Source: Candidatus Ozemobacteraceae bacterium
GTDB lineage: Bacteria; Muiribacteriota; Ozemobacteria; Ozemobacterales; Ozemobacteraceae
Assembly: GCA_965140445.1 (NCBI GenBank)
Contig: OZ223236.1
Span: 832,001-896,000 of the forward strand
DNA: 64,000 nucleotides
Direction: 5' to 3'
The notes beneath the pieces were generated by a model that saw nothing but the letters and a program-made list of their open reading frames with translations, did not search any database and was not told the DNA's origin. Of this stretch, positions 37,017 to 47,300 are shown piece after piece (position 1 is the first letter of the stretch; the number at the start of each line of letters is the position of its first letter). The translations under genes were made by a program, and so were the position numbers.

Positions 37017-37949
37017 ATGTGGATGACTATTCAGATCACGGTCTGCGTGATTTTCCTATTGATAATATGCTTTTTTGCTGGAAAGAAGTTGGGACAACGG
37101 CGATTCTTAAAAATACAAGAAGAAATGAGAGCTTTAGAACTTTCATTTAATCAGCTTCTCGAAGAAATGGAGCTCGTTTCAAGCCATAACATGAAAGTTC
37201 TTGAAGGGCAGACAAATGATCTTAAAGAGCTTTTGACTATAGCGGATAAGAAATGCTTGTATGCTAATGATTTGCTTAAAAGCATTGATGATGGGGCGGA
37301 CTCCTTAAAGAAAAGTAATTTTGGGCTTGGCAAGGTTGAACCTAAACCTCAGGCAGCCGAGATTGATAAAGAGTTTAAAAGCGACGTATTTCGTGGTCTT
37401 GAAGAATTGCATGAACGATTGGCAAAACTGGAGAAAAGCTTTAAGCAATACGAAAACAAGCATGAAGGTTTTTCAGAGTCTGTTAGAGAAAGTATTCAAT
37501 CAGAGATTTCCGCGTTAAAGGTTTACACTGAAAGACGAATAACTGAAACAGCTCAAGAAGTTGAAGAAGCTGTTTTGAAAGCGCCAATAGATCGCTTTTC
37601 ACAAGCTTCAGCAACTGGCGGCAAGCGATTATCATCATTTGGTTTTTCCGGGGTTTCAAGCCCAGCTCTTTCAAGCGAGCGCCCTCCAGAGGAAAATACC
37701 AACAAGTTTCTAAAAGCCGCTGAAATTGATAGCCTCCAACCACGCTTTCCAACAAAAAAGGTTGAAAGTGAAGCTTCTCAGGTTGTTCCTATACCGCCTC
37801 CAGGTTCGCCTGTTCACGAAATTTTGTTGCTTGTAGAGCAAGGAATGAGTCTTCCGCAGATAGCGAGAAAACTCAGTATGAGTAAGGGTGAAATTGATTT
37901 AGTATTAAAAATTTATGCACCAACAGTCAAGATGAGGAATGTTATCTAA
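37017..37949 (+). CDS. Membrane-anchored coiled-coil protein with C-terminal HTH-like (DUF2802/DUF6115-like) domain
   Basis: N-terminal TM, coiled coil, C-terminal QGMSLPQIARKLSMSKGEIDLVL; start uncertain. Confidence 0.65.
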   Translation: MWMTIQITVCVIFLLIICFFAGKKLGQRRFLKIQEEMRALELSFNQLLEEMELVSSHNMKVLEGQTNDLKELLTIADKKCLYANDLLKSIDDGADSLKKSNFGLGKVEPKPQAAEIDKEFKSDVFRGLEELHERLAKLEKSFKQYENKHEGFSESVRESIQSEISALKVYTERRITETAQEVEEAVLKAPIDRFSQASATGGKRLSSFGFSGVSSPALSSERPPEENTNKFLKAAEIDSLQPRFPTKKVESEASQVVPIPPPGSPVHEILLLVEQGMSLPQIARKLSMSKGEIDLVLKIYAPTVKMRNVI

Positions 37950-39058
37950 TGGGAAAAACTGGTTTGTCATCTTCCGATAAAAAAAATGGTCTGATAATAA
38001 TTGGACTTATTTTGGCATGTGTTCTGGTTTATTATTTATCCAGCGTTATTGCTCCATTTCTTATATCAGTGGTTATAGCCTATGTTCTGAATCCCCTGGT
38101 CAGATATCTGGTAGAGCGAAAGTTTCCAAGACCATGGGCGGTTTTAGCTATTTTTACCATAGGACTGATTATTTTCACTTTATTTGTCGTTCCGTTCACA
38201 ATAAGCATTTTTTCTGAGGCTGGGGCGATGATCCAAAACATTGGTGAATTGGATGTAAAGAAGTTAGCCAATAAATATAAAGATCTAGGGATGGGGGTCT
38301 ATGAAAGATTTTCAAAAATTCCTTATTTAAAGCCTTATCTTGATGAGTTTATTCATAGCGAAAATATAAGAGAATTTGCAGCCCAAGGGGTGGTTTATGT
38401 TAAAGATGGGACGGTAAGTTCCTTTAAACGGTTTATGTCCTTTGTTGTTTCTGCATTTTCGGGGATGGTTAACCTGTTTTTAATTCCAATCCTGACCTTC
38501 TACGTCCTGTTGGATATGGATGAGATTTTTGACAAGGCAAAACTATTGTTTCCACCAGCATATAAGGCAAGGATTTTAAAAGTGTTTGGTGATATTGATG
38601 AACAACTAAATGCTTTATTGAGGGGCCAATTGACTTCAAATGCAATATTTGCTTTTTTAATGACTTTGGCATTGTGGATATCTGGTTTAAACTTTTTTCT
38701 TTTCCTTGGGCCATTGGCTGGATTAGCGAATTTAATTCCGTATTTAGGCGGTCTTTTTACAATTATTTTTGCATTTTTTATTGCTATTACTCAATTTGGC
38801 TTTTCAAAAGCTCTTTTAACTTTAATGGCAAAGCTGATTATTTCTATCGCCATAGTTCAGACTATTGATGGCTGGTATTTGCAACCATATGTGGTTGGTG
38901 AAAATGCTGGCCTGCATCCTTTGGTTGTAATGCTATCACTTGCTATCGCAGCTGGTTTTGCTGGTATTCCAGGAATGTTGCTTGCAGTTCCAGTTACTGT
39001 AATTTTAAAAGTTTTGGGTAAAGAGCTTTATCATGAACTTTATGATCCGGTGAAATAA
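37949..39058 (+). CDS. AI-2E (PerM) family transporter
   Basis: PFLISVVIAYVLNPLV, LRGQL, NLIPYLG, LHPLVV, GMLLAVP. Confidence 0.9.
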   Translation: MGKTGLSSSDKKNGLIIIGLILACVLVYYLSSVIAPFLISVVIAYVLNPLVRYLVERKFPRPWAVLAIFTIGLIIFTLFVVPFTISIFSEAGAMIQNIGELDVKKLANKYKDLGMGVYERFSKIPYLKPYLDEFIHSENIREFAAQGVVYVKDGTVSSFKRFMSFVVSAFSGMVNLFLIPILTFYVLLDMDEIFDKAKLLFPPAYKARILKVFGDIDEQLNALLRGQLTSNAIFAFLMTLALWISGLNFFLFLGPLAGLANLIPYLGGLFTIIFAFFIAITQFGFSKALLTLMAKLIISIAIVQTIDGWYLQPYVVGENAGLHPLVVMLSLAIAAGFAGIPGMLLAVPVTVILKVLGKELYHELYDPVK

Positions 39059-40068
39059 TGACTAACAAGATTGAAAAAGAAGAAATCGTAGTTGCTCCAG
39101 TTGCCAAAATTTCTTCCTCGCTTGAAACTTCAGTTGACACAGTAATAAGAGTAACTGGTTTAAATAAACGCTTTGGCCGTAAAGTTGTTTTGTCTGATCT
39201 GGACTTTTCTATTCCTTCAAATACCATTGCGGGGTTTTTAGGGCCAAACGGTGCAGGGAAAACCACAACGCTTAGAATACTCCTGGGACTTTTACCTCTT
39301 CAGACTGGGGCAGTAACCCTTTTGGGAGAAAGAATTCCTCAGGGCCGAGTTAAAGCGCTTGAAAACATAGGAGCAGTAGTTGAAAACCCTAATTTTATTG
39401 AGAATTTTACTGCGATAGAGAATTTGTATTGGTTTGGGTCTCTGTATAAGCCGGTTACTCAAAACAGGATTATGGAAGCCATTGAATTGGTTGGCCTGAG
39501 AGGCGCAGCTAAACAAAGATTTGGAACTTTTTCATCTGGAATGAAGCAAAGACTCGGCGTGGCCTTTGGGATACTGCACAAACCTTCCCTGCTAATTCTG
39601 GATGAGCCAACAAGTGGTATGGATCCAATGGGACGAGTTCAGATGCGAGAGATTTTGCAGCGTATTCATGCTGAGGAAAAGACCTCTATTTTTCTTTCAA
39701 GTCACTTGCTGGATGAAGTTCAGCGACTGTGCAACTATGTGGTCATTATTGACGAAGGAAAAACCCGGAAAGAGGGATACGTTAAGGAACTTTTAAGCGG
39801 TCGACAGGAAGTTTGGGAATTGCGAATCCAGGACGAGCAAATTCCTAAAGCAAGAGAGCTTCTGGAAAAACAAAAAGATGATATTGTCGAAATAGGCGAT
39901 TCTCCCCAGGGGTTAGTTGTAACTCTTAACTCTTCCTGTTCACATAAAATAAACAAGTTACTTATTTCTGAAGGGATTGAGATTAAAGCCTTAATCCCAA
40001 AGGAAGCTTCTTTAGAAGATACGTTCATTGAATTAACTGAAAAAACGCAGCAGGAGGTAAGCAAATGA
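39058..40068 (+). CDS. ABC transporter ATP-binding protein
   Basis: GPNGAGKTT, FSSGMKQR, LILDEPTSG, SSH, SLED.F. Confidence 0.93.
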   Translation: MTNKIEKEEIVVAPVAKISSSLETSVDTVIRVTGLNKRFGRKVVLSDLDFSIPSNTIAGFLGPNGAGKTTTLRILLGLLPLQTGAVTLLGERIPQGRVKALENIGAVVENPNFIENFTAIENLYWFGSLYKPVTQNRIMEAIELVGLRGAAKQRFGTFSSGMKQRLGVAFGILHKPSLLILDEPTSGMDPMGRVQMREILQRIHAEEKTSIFLSSHLLDEVQRLCNYVVIIDEGKTRKEGYVKELLSGRQEVWELRIQDEQIPKARELLEKQKDDIVEIGDSPQGLVVTLNSSCSHKINKLLISEGIEIKALIPKEASLEDTFIELTEKTQQEVSK

Positions 40069-40949
40069 AACGAATGCTAACTCTTGTCCTGTTTGAATTG
40101 AAGAAAATACTAAATAGAAAAAAAGCACTTCTGTTTCTGTTGACCCTGAATGTGGTTCCTTTGATTGCAAGCATAGGAGCTCTGATTGTTTATCTAAAAT
40201 TCAGAGGCTGGGGGCTTGGAGAATTACAATTTTCAGCATTATACGAAGTCGTTCAAAGCTTGTTCACTGGTCACGTTAAATTATTTGCCTGGATAGCTCC
40301 TTTCTTTCTGGCATTAATTGTGGGGGATAGCTTTTCTACTGAGTTTAATCGCGGCTACATGAAAATGTTATTGATCACCCCTGTAAGCAGGTGGCAGGTC
40401 ATAACAGCAAAAACTGTGGCTGTGATGCTATTTCTTTTGATTGCTGTATGCTTGGGTGGAGCCTTTTTGCAGATGGATTTGTTGGTTGCGCGAGCAATTG
40501 GAGGTTCATCAGGCATGATTATGGACACCGGGTTGAATAATTCATTAGCTATAATTAGCACCTCTGCAGCAGTTCAATTATTGTTCATGACATTTTTCGG
40601 AAACTTGATGCTGATTGGTTTTTTCATTGTGTTTTCGCTATTTTTCGAATCTGCAATTCTAATGTCTTTTACCAGCTTAAGTGTAATAATGGCTTTTCAT
40701 ACCTATTACCTTATGGCTACTTCATTTTTAAATAAAATTGATCCCTGGTATGGTCGGGTTGCTGAATGGTGCTTTACTCACCATCTTTCTGACGTTTTTG
40801 CATTAAAGGTAATCAAAGATCTGCTCAGCGGAAAAATTAATCTAATGTCAGAACAAATTTTTAATCCCATGCTTTCTATTCTGGGTTGGACCGCAGTTTT
40901 TTACTTTCTGGCCATCGCAATTTTCTCTAGAAAGCAGATTTTACATTAA
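40065..40949 (+). CDS. ABC-2 type transporter permease
   Basis: Six TM helices; E...G.MKMLL..PVSR..V..AK motif; coupled to the ABC ATPase. Confidence 0.85.
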   Translation: MKRMLTLVLFELKKILNRKKALLFLLTLNVVPLIASIGALIVYLKFRGWGLGELQFSALYEVVQSLFTGHVKLFAWIAPFFLALIVGDSFSTEFNRGYMKMLLITPVSRWQVITAKTVAVMLFLLIAVCLGGAFLQMDLLVARAIGGSSGMIMDTGLNNSLAIISTSAAVQLLFMTFFGNLMLIGFFIVFSLFFESAILMSFTSLSVIMAFHTYYLMATSFLNKIDPWYGRVAEWCFTHHLSDVFALKVIKDLLSGKINLMSEQIFNPMLSILGWTAVFYFLAIAIFSRKQILH

Positions 40950-40962
40950 ATCGGAAAAATAA

Positions 40963-42051
40963 ATGGAAAAGAAAAAGATACTTGTAGCTCTTTCAGGTGG
41001 TGTGGACTCCTCTGTAGCAGCAGGCTTGCTGGTAAAAGAAGGCCATGATGTCATGGCTGTCACTTTAAAAACATTTTGCTATTCAAACATTGAAATGGGG
41101 CCAAAGGCTTGTTGTGGACTTGAAGGCGTTTCAGCGGCAAAGGCAGTTGCAGCGGATCTGGGGATTCCTCACGTAGTTTTGGATGTATCTGAATCTTTTC
41201 ACAAAGAGGTTATAGAAGATTTTGTTAGTGAATATGCAGCTGGACGCACTCCAAATCCTTGTGTCAGATGCAATGCTACGGTTAAAATCCCTTATCTCCT
41301 GGAAAAAGCTCGCGGATATGGCTGCTCGCATCTTGCTACCGGACATTACGCCATGATTAGTCAGTTAGAAAATGGTAAGACAACGCTGAAAAGAGGAAAA
41401 GACCAGAAAAAGGATCAATCTTACTTTTTATGGGAAGTTCCTGGCAATGTATTAGAAAATCTTCTATTACCAGTTGGCGGCTATGAGAAAAGTGAAATCC
41501 GTAAAATTGCTTCAGAGATGGGGTTTGCCAATGCTCAGAAGGCAGAGTCGCAGGAAATTTGTTTTGTTCCAGATGGAAACTATATCAGCTTTTTAAAAAC
41601 TCAGTTACCTTCTGATCATCCAGGTTTAGCAACTGGTTCCATAAAGGATAATGAAGGAAAAGTGGTTGCTAAGCATGATGGATATGTAAGTTACACGGTT
41701 GGCCAGCGGAAGGGACTCGGGGGTGGACATGGCAAGAGACTTTATGTTTCTAAGATTGATCCTGAGACCAAAACTGTTTTTTTAGGTGATAGAGATTCAC
41801 TTATGGGAAAAAGAGTTCGAATTGAGCGATTAAATTCTTACATAGGTTCTCCAGAACCCGGAACAGAGTTTATGGTGCAGCTGCGATATAAATCATCTGC
41901 AGTAGCGTGCAGAATTCTTAATGCGGATAAAGATTCCTGGCACATCGAATTAAAGGAACCTGTTTATGCAATTTCTCCCGGGCAATCAGCTGTTTTTTAT
42001 CTTGGAGATCTTTTAGTGGCGGGCGGGAGAATTGTCAGCTCAAGTATTTAG
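40963..42051 (+). CDS. mnmA: tRNA 2-thiouridine(34) synthase
   Basis: SGGVDSS, GRTPNPCVRCN, ATGHYA, KDQSYFL, ESQEICF, TVGQRKGL, PGQSAVFY. Confidence 0.96.
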   Translation: MEKKKILVALSGGVDSSVAAGLLVKEGHDVMAVTLKTFCYSNIEMGPKACCGLEGVSAAKAVAADLGIPHVVLDVSESFHKEVIEDFVSEYAAGRTPNPCVRCNATVKIPYLLEKARGYGCSHLATGHYAMISQLENGKTTLKRGKDQKKDQSYFLWEVPGNVLENLLLPVGGYEKSEIRKIASEMGFANAQKAESQEICFVPDGNYISFLKTQLPSDHPGLATGSIKDNEGKVVAKHDGYVSYTVGQRKGLGGGHGKRLYVSKIDPETKTVFLGDRDSLMGKRVRIERLNSYIGSPEPGTEFMVQLRYKSSAVACRILNADKDSWHIELKEPVYAISPGQSAVFYLGDLLVAGGRIVSSSI

Positions 42052-42109
42052 TTTTATTGTTTGCTGAAATTTGCTGTTGTTTATTTTTATCTTTTTTTGT
42101 TTTTTTAGC

Positions 42110-42137
42110 TAAACTTTGTTTAGATCCATGACGATAG
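42110..42137 (+). promoter_or_regulatory. Putative sigma28-type promoter
   Basis: TAAA-N16-GACGATAG. Confidence 0.7.
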
Positions 42138-42170
42138 GTATATAGAAGAAAACGCATGGAGGCTTAACAA

Positions 42171-42476
42171 ATGACTAGAACTTTTAAACTTAGCGGAATT
42201 TACATTATTCTTTTTGCTTTTATTCTTTCTTTTGCTGCTAATACAGCTGCTATGGCTACAAGTAAACAGGAAATTTTTGAACTTAGCCAGAGCATAAGAG
42301 AATTACAAGAAGAAATTCGTGAGCTTCAGGCTGAATTAAGACAGCTTAATGAAGAGGGCGGAGCCGCTGGACAAAAACAAGCTAAGCTTCTTATGCTTCA
42401 GATTAAAGATTTGAAAAAACAGGTTAGTTCTTTGAAGAAACAACTAAAACAAGCTAAGAATCCTGATATGCATTAA
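42171..42476 (+). CDS. Small secreted coiled-coil protein
   Basis: RBS GGAGG; signal peptide ending AMA; two heptad helices joined by GGAAG. Confidence 0.75.
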   Translation: MTRTFKLSGIYIILFAFILSFAANTAAMATSKQEIFELSQSIRELQEEIRELQAELRQLNEEGGAAGQKQAKLLMLQIKDLKKQVSSLKKQLKQAKNPDMH

Positions 42477-42530
42477 TTTTGGTAAGAAAAGAAGAACGCA
42501 TAGATCTTTTTCACGAATAATACTCCTAAT

Positions 42531-42564
42531 GAAAATCCCCCACTCGAAAGAGTGGGGGATTTTC
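42531..42564. terminator. Intrinsic terminator
   Basis: GAAAATCCCCCACTC-GAAA-GAGTGGGGGATTTTC. Confidence 0.85.
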
Positions 42565-42615
42565 TATTTACTGATAAAGTTCAAAAGTGTTAAAGGGAGA
42601 AAATCGATCCTTTTT

Positions 42616-43554
42616 TTATTTCTTATTGTCCTGCCAGATTGGATCGTTTGGAGTTTTCATGTGAGTTGCATCGACATAGATACCCAGTGCTTTACCACGT
42701 TTAATGAATTTAAAAGGCTTGCCAAGAATTTTAAACTCATTTGATTTCTGGTTATGAACCCTGGCGAATTTTGCTTTTTCAGCAAGCTTATGAACCCATT
42801 CAAAGATTAACTGTGGATCCCACATTTCCAAGGGAACATACTCTTCGTTCTTTTTTGCCCAATGCGCTGTAAACAAGAGTTTTCTCAAAGACACTTTGTT
42901 TCCTGTGACAGGTCCGCCAACCAGTGATTTTGGCATCTTAACTCTGCGAATCCATTCCTTTTCAAATACCGGATCAATCATATTGCCAACATCGAGAAAA
43001 CTTACTGCGAAAGCAGAACAACCGGCACCAAGGCCTTTTCTTGGTTCATTCATGCCATTATAGGTTTTATCATAACCTTTGGCTCTATATTCTGTAAGAT
43101 AGGTCTGCATTCTTTTATACATTTCGTTAGTTACTTTAAACTTAAGAAATGTGACTTTGCCAGTTTTGTATCTGTCTTTTAATTCTCCGTCCAGCTTTTT
43201 CCCGTCATCAAGGGCGCCTTTCATAGGGGCAAACAAAACGCCCAGCCCATAACCGTGCTTTGTTATAAAGTCTGCGTCTGAAGGAGCATCTGGGGCAGTT
43301 GTCATACCAGTTATCTCGCGTTCTCCGTTTGGACCGGTGAGCTCCATGAAACAATGGCCAATGCTATGCTTGTTTTTGCCATGTTCAAAAACTAGTTTGC
43401 CTTTAACTCCAGCGCCAAAAGCAAGTTTGAGTGGAGAAGACCAATCTAGTGGCACTGCTGGTGGAAAGGAATATACGGTTAGTTCCTGTGCGAAACCAAG
43501 TTGTAAGCCAGAAACAACAAATAACGCTAAAATAATAAAAACGGTTTTTCTCAT
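42616..43554 (-). CDS. Secreted hypothetical protein, possible permuted papain-like (His-before-Cys) enzyme
   Basis: Signal peptide ending GFA; SIGHCFMEL followed by YNG...GAGCSAFAVSFL. Confidence 0.5.
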   Translation of the reverse strand: MRKTVFIILALFVVSGLQLGFAQELTVYSFPPAVPLDWSSPLKLAFGAGVKGKLVFEHGKNKHSIGHCFMELTGPNGEREITGMTTAPDAPSDADFITKHGYGLGVLFAPMKGALDDGKKLDGELKDRYKTGKVTFLKFKVTNEMYKRMQTYLTEYRAKGYDKTYNGMNEPRKGLGAGCSAFAVSFLDVGNMIDPVFEKEWIRRVKMPKSLVGGPVTGNKVSLRKLLFTAHWAKKNEEYVPLEMWDPQLIFEWVHKLAEKAKFARVHNQKSNEFKILGKPFKFIKRGKALGIYVDATHMKTPNDPIWQDNKK

Positions 43555-43615
43555 TTTCTTCCCCTAAAATTCAATGTACAAATAATTATAATGAAAATAT
43601 AACTATTCAGGAAGC

Positions 43616-43650
43616 AAAAAAAAGCCTCATGGTTTCCCATGAGGCTTTTT
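43616..43650 (-). terminator. Intrinsic terminator
   Basis: AAAAAGCCTCATGG / CCATGAGGCTTTTT. Confidence 0.8.
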
Positions 43651-43660
43651 GATTTAAAAC

Positions 43661-45016
43661 TTATTTTGTTTTAAGTTCTTCTACAAGGCTGCGAACGTTG
43701 TTGGCTGTTACTTCATCAAGACCACCTTCAGTGAAAGTGCGGAAGTTGATTTTGCTTACTACTGCTGCACAAACATCTTTGTTTTTATCGTTAGCTGTAG
43801 CTACGAAGTCTTTAAGACTTGCAACGTTACCTTTTTCAAGGTCAGCTGCGATAGTTTTTGCAGTTGATTTTGTGTAGTAATCTTTTACCATTGGTTCCCA
43901 GTTGGTAGCAGTGGCGAAATCAAGTTCTTTGTATGCAGCTGAGAAGCTGTAAGAAGAAGTTGGGAAGTAAATAGCAATTCCGTCTGCGTTGTTGCAGCTG
44001 TATCCGCTAAGACCATTTTCGATGATCATGTCTTTGCAAGCTGCTTCAAGTTTAGTTGCTGCAGTCTGGAAGCCTTCGTCTTTAATTGTGTTTTTTACAA
44101 GAGATACGAAGTGTGGAAGATCAATGTTAGTTCTGTAATAGAATTTCTGAACTTTGTTCAAAGCATCTTTGAACTGTGCAGAATAGTCAGCAGCCATAGC
44201 GGCTTTTCCGAAACCATTGATTGCATCACATACTGCATCAATTTTAGTGCAGTCAAGAGCAGACTGTGTAGCTGAAGAAGATCCAGCGCTTCCACCATTA
44301 TAGGAAACTGCATATTCTTTTACGATAGTCTGAGCAAGTTCTTTTGGACTCATACCTTTTGTGAAAGCATTACCTATATCATCATAGCAGTAACCTTCAC
44401 CTGGTTCTGTCTGTTCAGAAGCAACGAGGTAAGAAACGTGATCTTTTACTGCATAAGCAACTTCGATCATCTGCATGAGACAAGCATCGAAGCAAAGAAC
44501 GTCAAGTTTTTTACCAAGATTCTGTTCGATTTCTTTAGTAGCAGTAGTGAGCTGAGCTGTTGTGATGTGGTTGTTAGAAGAATCATCATAAGAAATACCT
44601 TTGATGATTTCGCCATTAGCGTCTTTCCAACCAGAACCATGATTCCAGATAACTGCTGCATAATGTTTTGCAGGATAAGCCTTAGCTGTTTCAGTTACGA
44701 ATTTAACGAATTCTTTATAGTCGCCCATATCGAGTTCGCCCATATCTTTTATAACTTCAGCGCCGTCTTTTTTTACATAATTAAGAGTTGCTGGGCCATG
44801 TTCGCGATCGATTAAACATACGATGTTGCGATATTCGTTAGATCCACCACCAAGTGCCATTTCGTTCAAATCGTCAGCACCAAATGAATCCAAATTGTTG
44901 TCAGCATTCAGGAAAACCATGAATGTCCATTCTTTCTGGGCAGCGCTTACTGGCGCACAAAAAGCACAAGCTACAAGAGCCAAAATCAAAATACTCATTA
45001 CTCTTCTCATTCTCAT
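43661..45016 (-). CDS. Clostripain-related cysteine peptidase (C11), paralog A
   Basis: Signal peptide; WTFMVFLNADNNL, ELDMGD, WNHGSGW (His), FDACLM (Cys), ASEQTEPG. Confidence 0.92.
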   Translation of the reverse strand: MRMRRVMSILILALVACAFCAPVSAAQKEWTFMVFLNADNNLDSFGADDLNEMALGGGSNEYRNIVCLIDREHGPATLNYVKKDGAEVIKDMGELDMGDYKEFVKFVTETAKAYPAKHYAAVIWNHGSGWKDANGEIIKGISYDDSSNNHITTAQLTTATKEIEQNLGKKLDVLCFDACLMQMIEVAYAVKDHVSYLVASEQTEPGEGYCYDDIGNAFTKGMSPKELAQTIVKEYAVSYNGGSAGSSSATQSALDCTKIDAVCDAINGFGKAAMAADYSAQFKDALNKVQKFYYRTNIDLPHFVSLVKNTIKDEGFQTAATKLEAACKDMIIENGLSGYSCNNADGIAIYFPTSSYSFSAAYKELDFATATNWEPMVKDYYTKSTAKTIAADLEKGNVASLKDFVATANDKNKDVCAAVVSKINFRTFTEGGLDEVTANNVRSLVEELKTK

Positions 45017-45064
45017 TACTCCTTATAAATCTTATTGAACCATACATCTGGTTTAAGTTCTTCA

Positions 45065-45093
45065 ATTATAAGAATCAAAAGGTACCCTGTCAA
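45065..45093 (-). promoter_or_regulatory. Perfect-consensus sigma70 promoter
   Basis: TTGACA-N17-TATAAT upstream of clostripain paralog A. Confidence 0.85.
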
Positions 45094-45170
45094 GTTGCCA
45101 TAAAACTTTTTTTATTATTGAAAACGCTTACTAGAAGCCAGACTTAGGTTGATTGTAAGATGTTGCAAAA

Positions 45171-45208
45171 AAAAAAGTGAAAGTCCTGTTCGGAACTTTC
45201 ACTTTTTT
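45171..45208 (-). terminator. Intrinsic terminator between the clostripain paralogs
   Basis: AAAAAAGTGAAAGT...ACTTTCACTTTTTT. Confidence 0.75.
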
Positions 45209-45220
45209 CATGTTGTTTAT

Positions 45221-46579
45221 TTATAGACTCTTTAACGTATTCATAAGCTCATCAACCTGTGCTTTAATGGCTTCAGGCAATTTATTTTCTGAATAGAATT
45301 CGTAGTTAAGTTCTCTTACTACAACTCTGATAAGAGATTTTTCTTCAGGGTTTGATTCAGCATAGGCTACGAATTTTTTAAGAGCATCAACGCTTCCTGT
45401 TTCAACATTCTCAACTATTTTCAAGGCGATATCATTACGTTTCATTTGATTGATCATATCGTCCCAGAGAGTTTCCTTTGAGAATCTTAATCCCAGGTAT
45501 TTGCTTTCAAGTGAGTAATCCCAAGGGAGACAGATCGCAATACCTTTTGAATTTTTTGTAGAAAAACCAGTGATGTAATTTTCTACTATGGCGTCTTTAG
45601 AAGCTGCAATTATTTTGTCACAGGCAGTTTTCATTGATTCATCGCCTTTAAGCTCAGCTTTAAGAAGTTCTGCAAAATGAATTAGATCGATGTTTTCGGG
45701 ATACTCAAATTTTTGAACTTTTCTTAAAACCTTATTAAAAGATGCCGCGTATTTTCCGCTCATTGCTGATTTTGCAAATCCATTGATTGCATCTACAAGA
45801 GCGTTCATTTTAGACATATCAAGTGCTGACTGAGTTGAATCGCTAAATCCCTGACTACCACTGTTGTAAGATTTTCCAAATGCCTGAACCCAGTTTTTGC
45901 TGAATGCAAGTGCGTCAAAATCTTTTCTTACTCCAGAAAGGATATCATCATAAGGTGCGCCTTTTCCTGGCTCAACTTCTTCAGAAGCAACCATGTATCT
46001 GCAATGATCTTTACAAACATAAGCGACTTCAACAAGTTGCATCAGACAAGCGTCCATATTCAGAACATCAACTTTTTGTCCGAGGATCTTTTCAATCTCG
46101 GCCATGGCAATACCAAGCTGTGGGTTAGTGATATGGTTTCTTGATGAATCATCATAAGAAATTCCTCTTACGATGTTTTTGTCGAGTTTTTTCCATCCAG
46201 AGCCGTGATTCCAGATTGTGAAAGAATAATGTTTTGCCGGGTAATTTTCTTTTATGAATTTGGCAAATTTAACGAATTCTCTGTAGTCGCCCATGTCAAG
46301 TTCGCCAAGGTCTCTAATTTTTTTTATGTTACCTTTTTCAATGTAGTTAATGCACGCTGGTCCTCTTTCACGATCGATAAGAGAAACAATGTTTAACCAT
46401 TCGTTGGAGCCGACTTTACTCATTTCTTTCTGATCTTCTACTCCAAACGGATCAAGATTGTTGTCCGCGTTCAAAAAGACGGCTACTGTCCATTCCTTCA
46501 TTGGAACGGCATATGATGTGGTACAAAAGGGTGAAAGTAAAATGGCTGCAAGGATGAATATACTATATACTCGCTTCAT
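45221..46579 (-). CDS. Clostripain-related cysteine peptidase (C11), paralog B
   Basis: WTVAVFLNADNNL, WNHGSGW, MDACLM, ASEEVEPG; upstream TTGCGC-N17-TACAAT. Confidence 0.92.
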   Translation of the reverse strand: MKRVYSIFILAAILLSPFCTTSYAVPMKEWTVAVFLNADNNLDPFGVEDQKEMSKVGSNEWLNIVSLIDRERGPACINYIEKGNIKKIRDLGELDMGDYREFVKFAKFIKENYPAKHYSFTIWNHGSGWKKLDKNIVRGISYDDSSRNHITNPQLGIAMAEIEKILGQKVDVLNMDACLMQLVEVAYVCKDHCRYMVASEEVEPGKGAPYDDILSGVRKDFDALAFSKNWVQAFGKSYNSGSQGFSDSTQSALDMSKMNALVDAINGFAKSAMSGKYAASFNKVLRKVQKFEYPENIDLIHFAELLKAELKGDESMKTACDKIIAASKDAIVENYITGFSTKNSKGIAICLPWDYSLESKYLGLRFSKETLWDDMINQMKRNDIALKIVENVETGSVDALKKFVAYAESNPEEKSLIRVVVRELNYEFYSENKLPEAIKAQVDELMNTLKSL

Positions 46580-46726
46580 TCTCGGTCTCCTGCCTTATAA
46601 TCTTATCCGGGAATGCATAGTCCGGAATTATCTAATTGTACCTATACTTAAAGAACTGCGCAAGATGTGGAAGAAAAAATGTTGGAAAAATTTGAGAAAT
46701 AGTTCAAACTTATTCCAGGTAAACTT

Positions 46727-47194
46727 ATGAAAAATTTTAAATTATGCACGGCAGAACCTTCAGAGGCTAAAGCTCTTCACCAGTTTGAGAAAAAGTGTTT
46801 TCAACACAAGGTGGATCAGTTTCCTGTCCGAAATCTTAGGTACATGATTAAATCCAAAACCTGTATTACTCTTCTATTAAAAGATAAAGAGGGGAAAATT
46901 GCAGGAGAAGTCATTGGTTTTTTACGACATTTTAAAATTCCATCAGGAAGGGTTTATAAAATTGGCGTTGACCCGGAAATCCAGGCCAAGGGGGTTGGTA
47001 GCTATCTTCTTAAAGAGATTGAATCAATCTTCAAAAAAAGTGGAATGGTTAAAAGCTGTGCCGAAGTTAGGGTTGGGAACGCTTCTTCAAGGGCAATGTT
47101 TTGTAAGAATGGGTATAAACTATCTGGCGATCTTCCTGGGTATTATGCAAATGGAGAAGATGGTGTGAAATTCTGGAAAGTTCTTTCCAAATAG
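46727..47194 (+). CDS. GNAT N-acetyltransferase (RimI-like)
   Basis: IGVDPEIQAKGVGS motif A; EVRVGN; YYANGEDG. Confidence 0.85.
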   Translation: MKNFKLCTAEPSEAKALHQFEKKCFQHKVDQFPVRNLRYMIKSKTCITLLLKDKEGKIAGEVIGFLRHFKIPSGRVYKIGVDPEIQAKGVGSYLLKEIESIFKKSGMVKSCAEVRVGNASSRAMFCKNGYKLSGDLPGYYANGEDGVKFWKVLSK

Positions 47195-47232
47195 CCCTGA
47201 GCCTGATTAAAATTGTTTTTTTGACATAAAAT

Positions 47233-47255
47233 AGAGGCAGCGTGAAGCTGCCTCT
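47233..47255. terminator. Terminator-like hairpin between convergent genes
   Basis: AGAGGCAGC / GCTGCCTCT stem. Confidence 0.65.
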
Positions 47256-47300
47256 TAAATATGGAGGGATCAAAATTTTAATTCAGAGTTGTGTCGGGTT

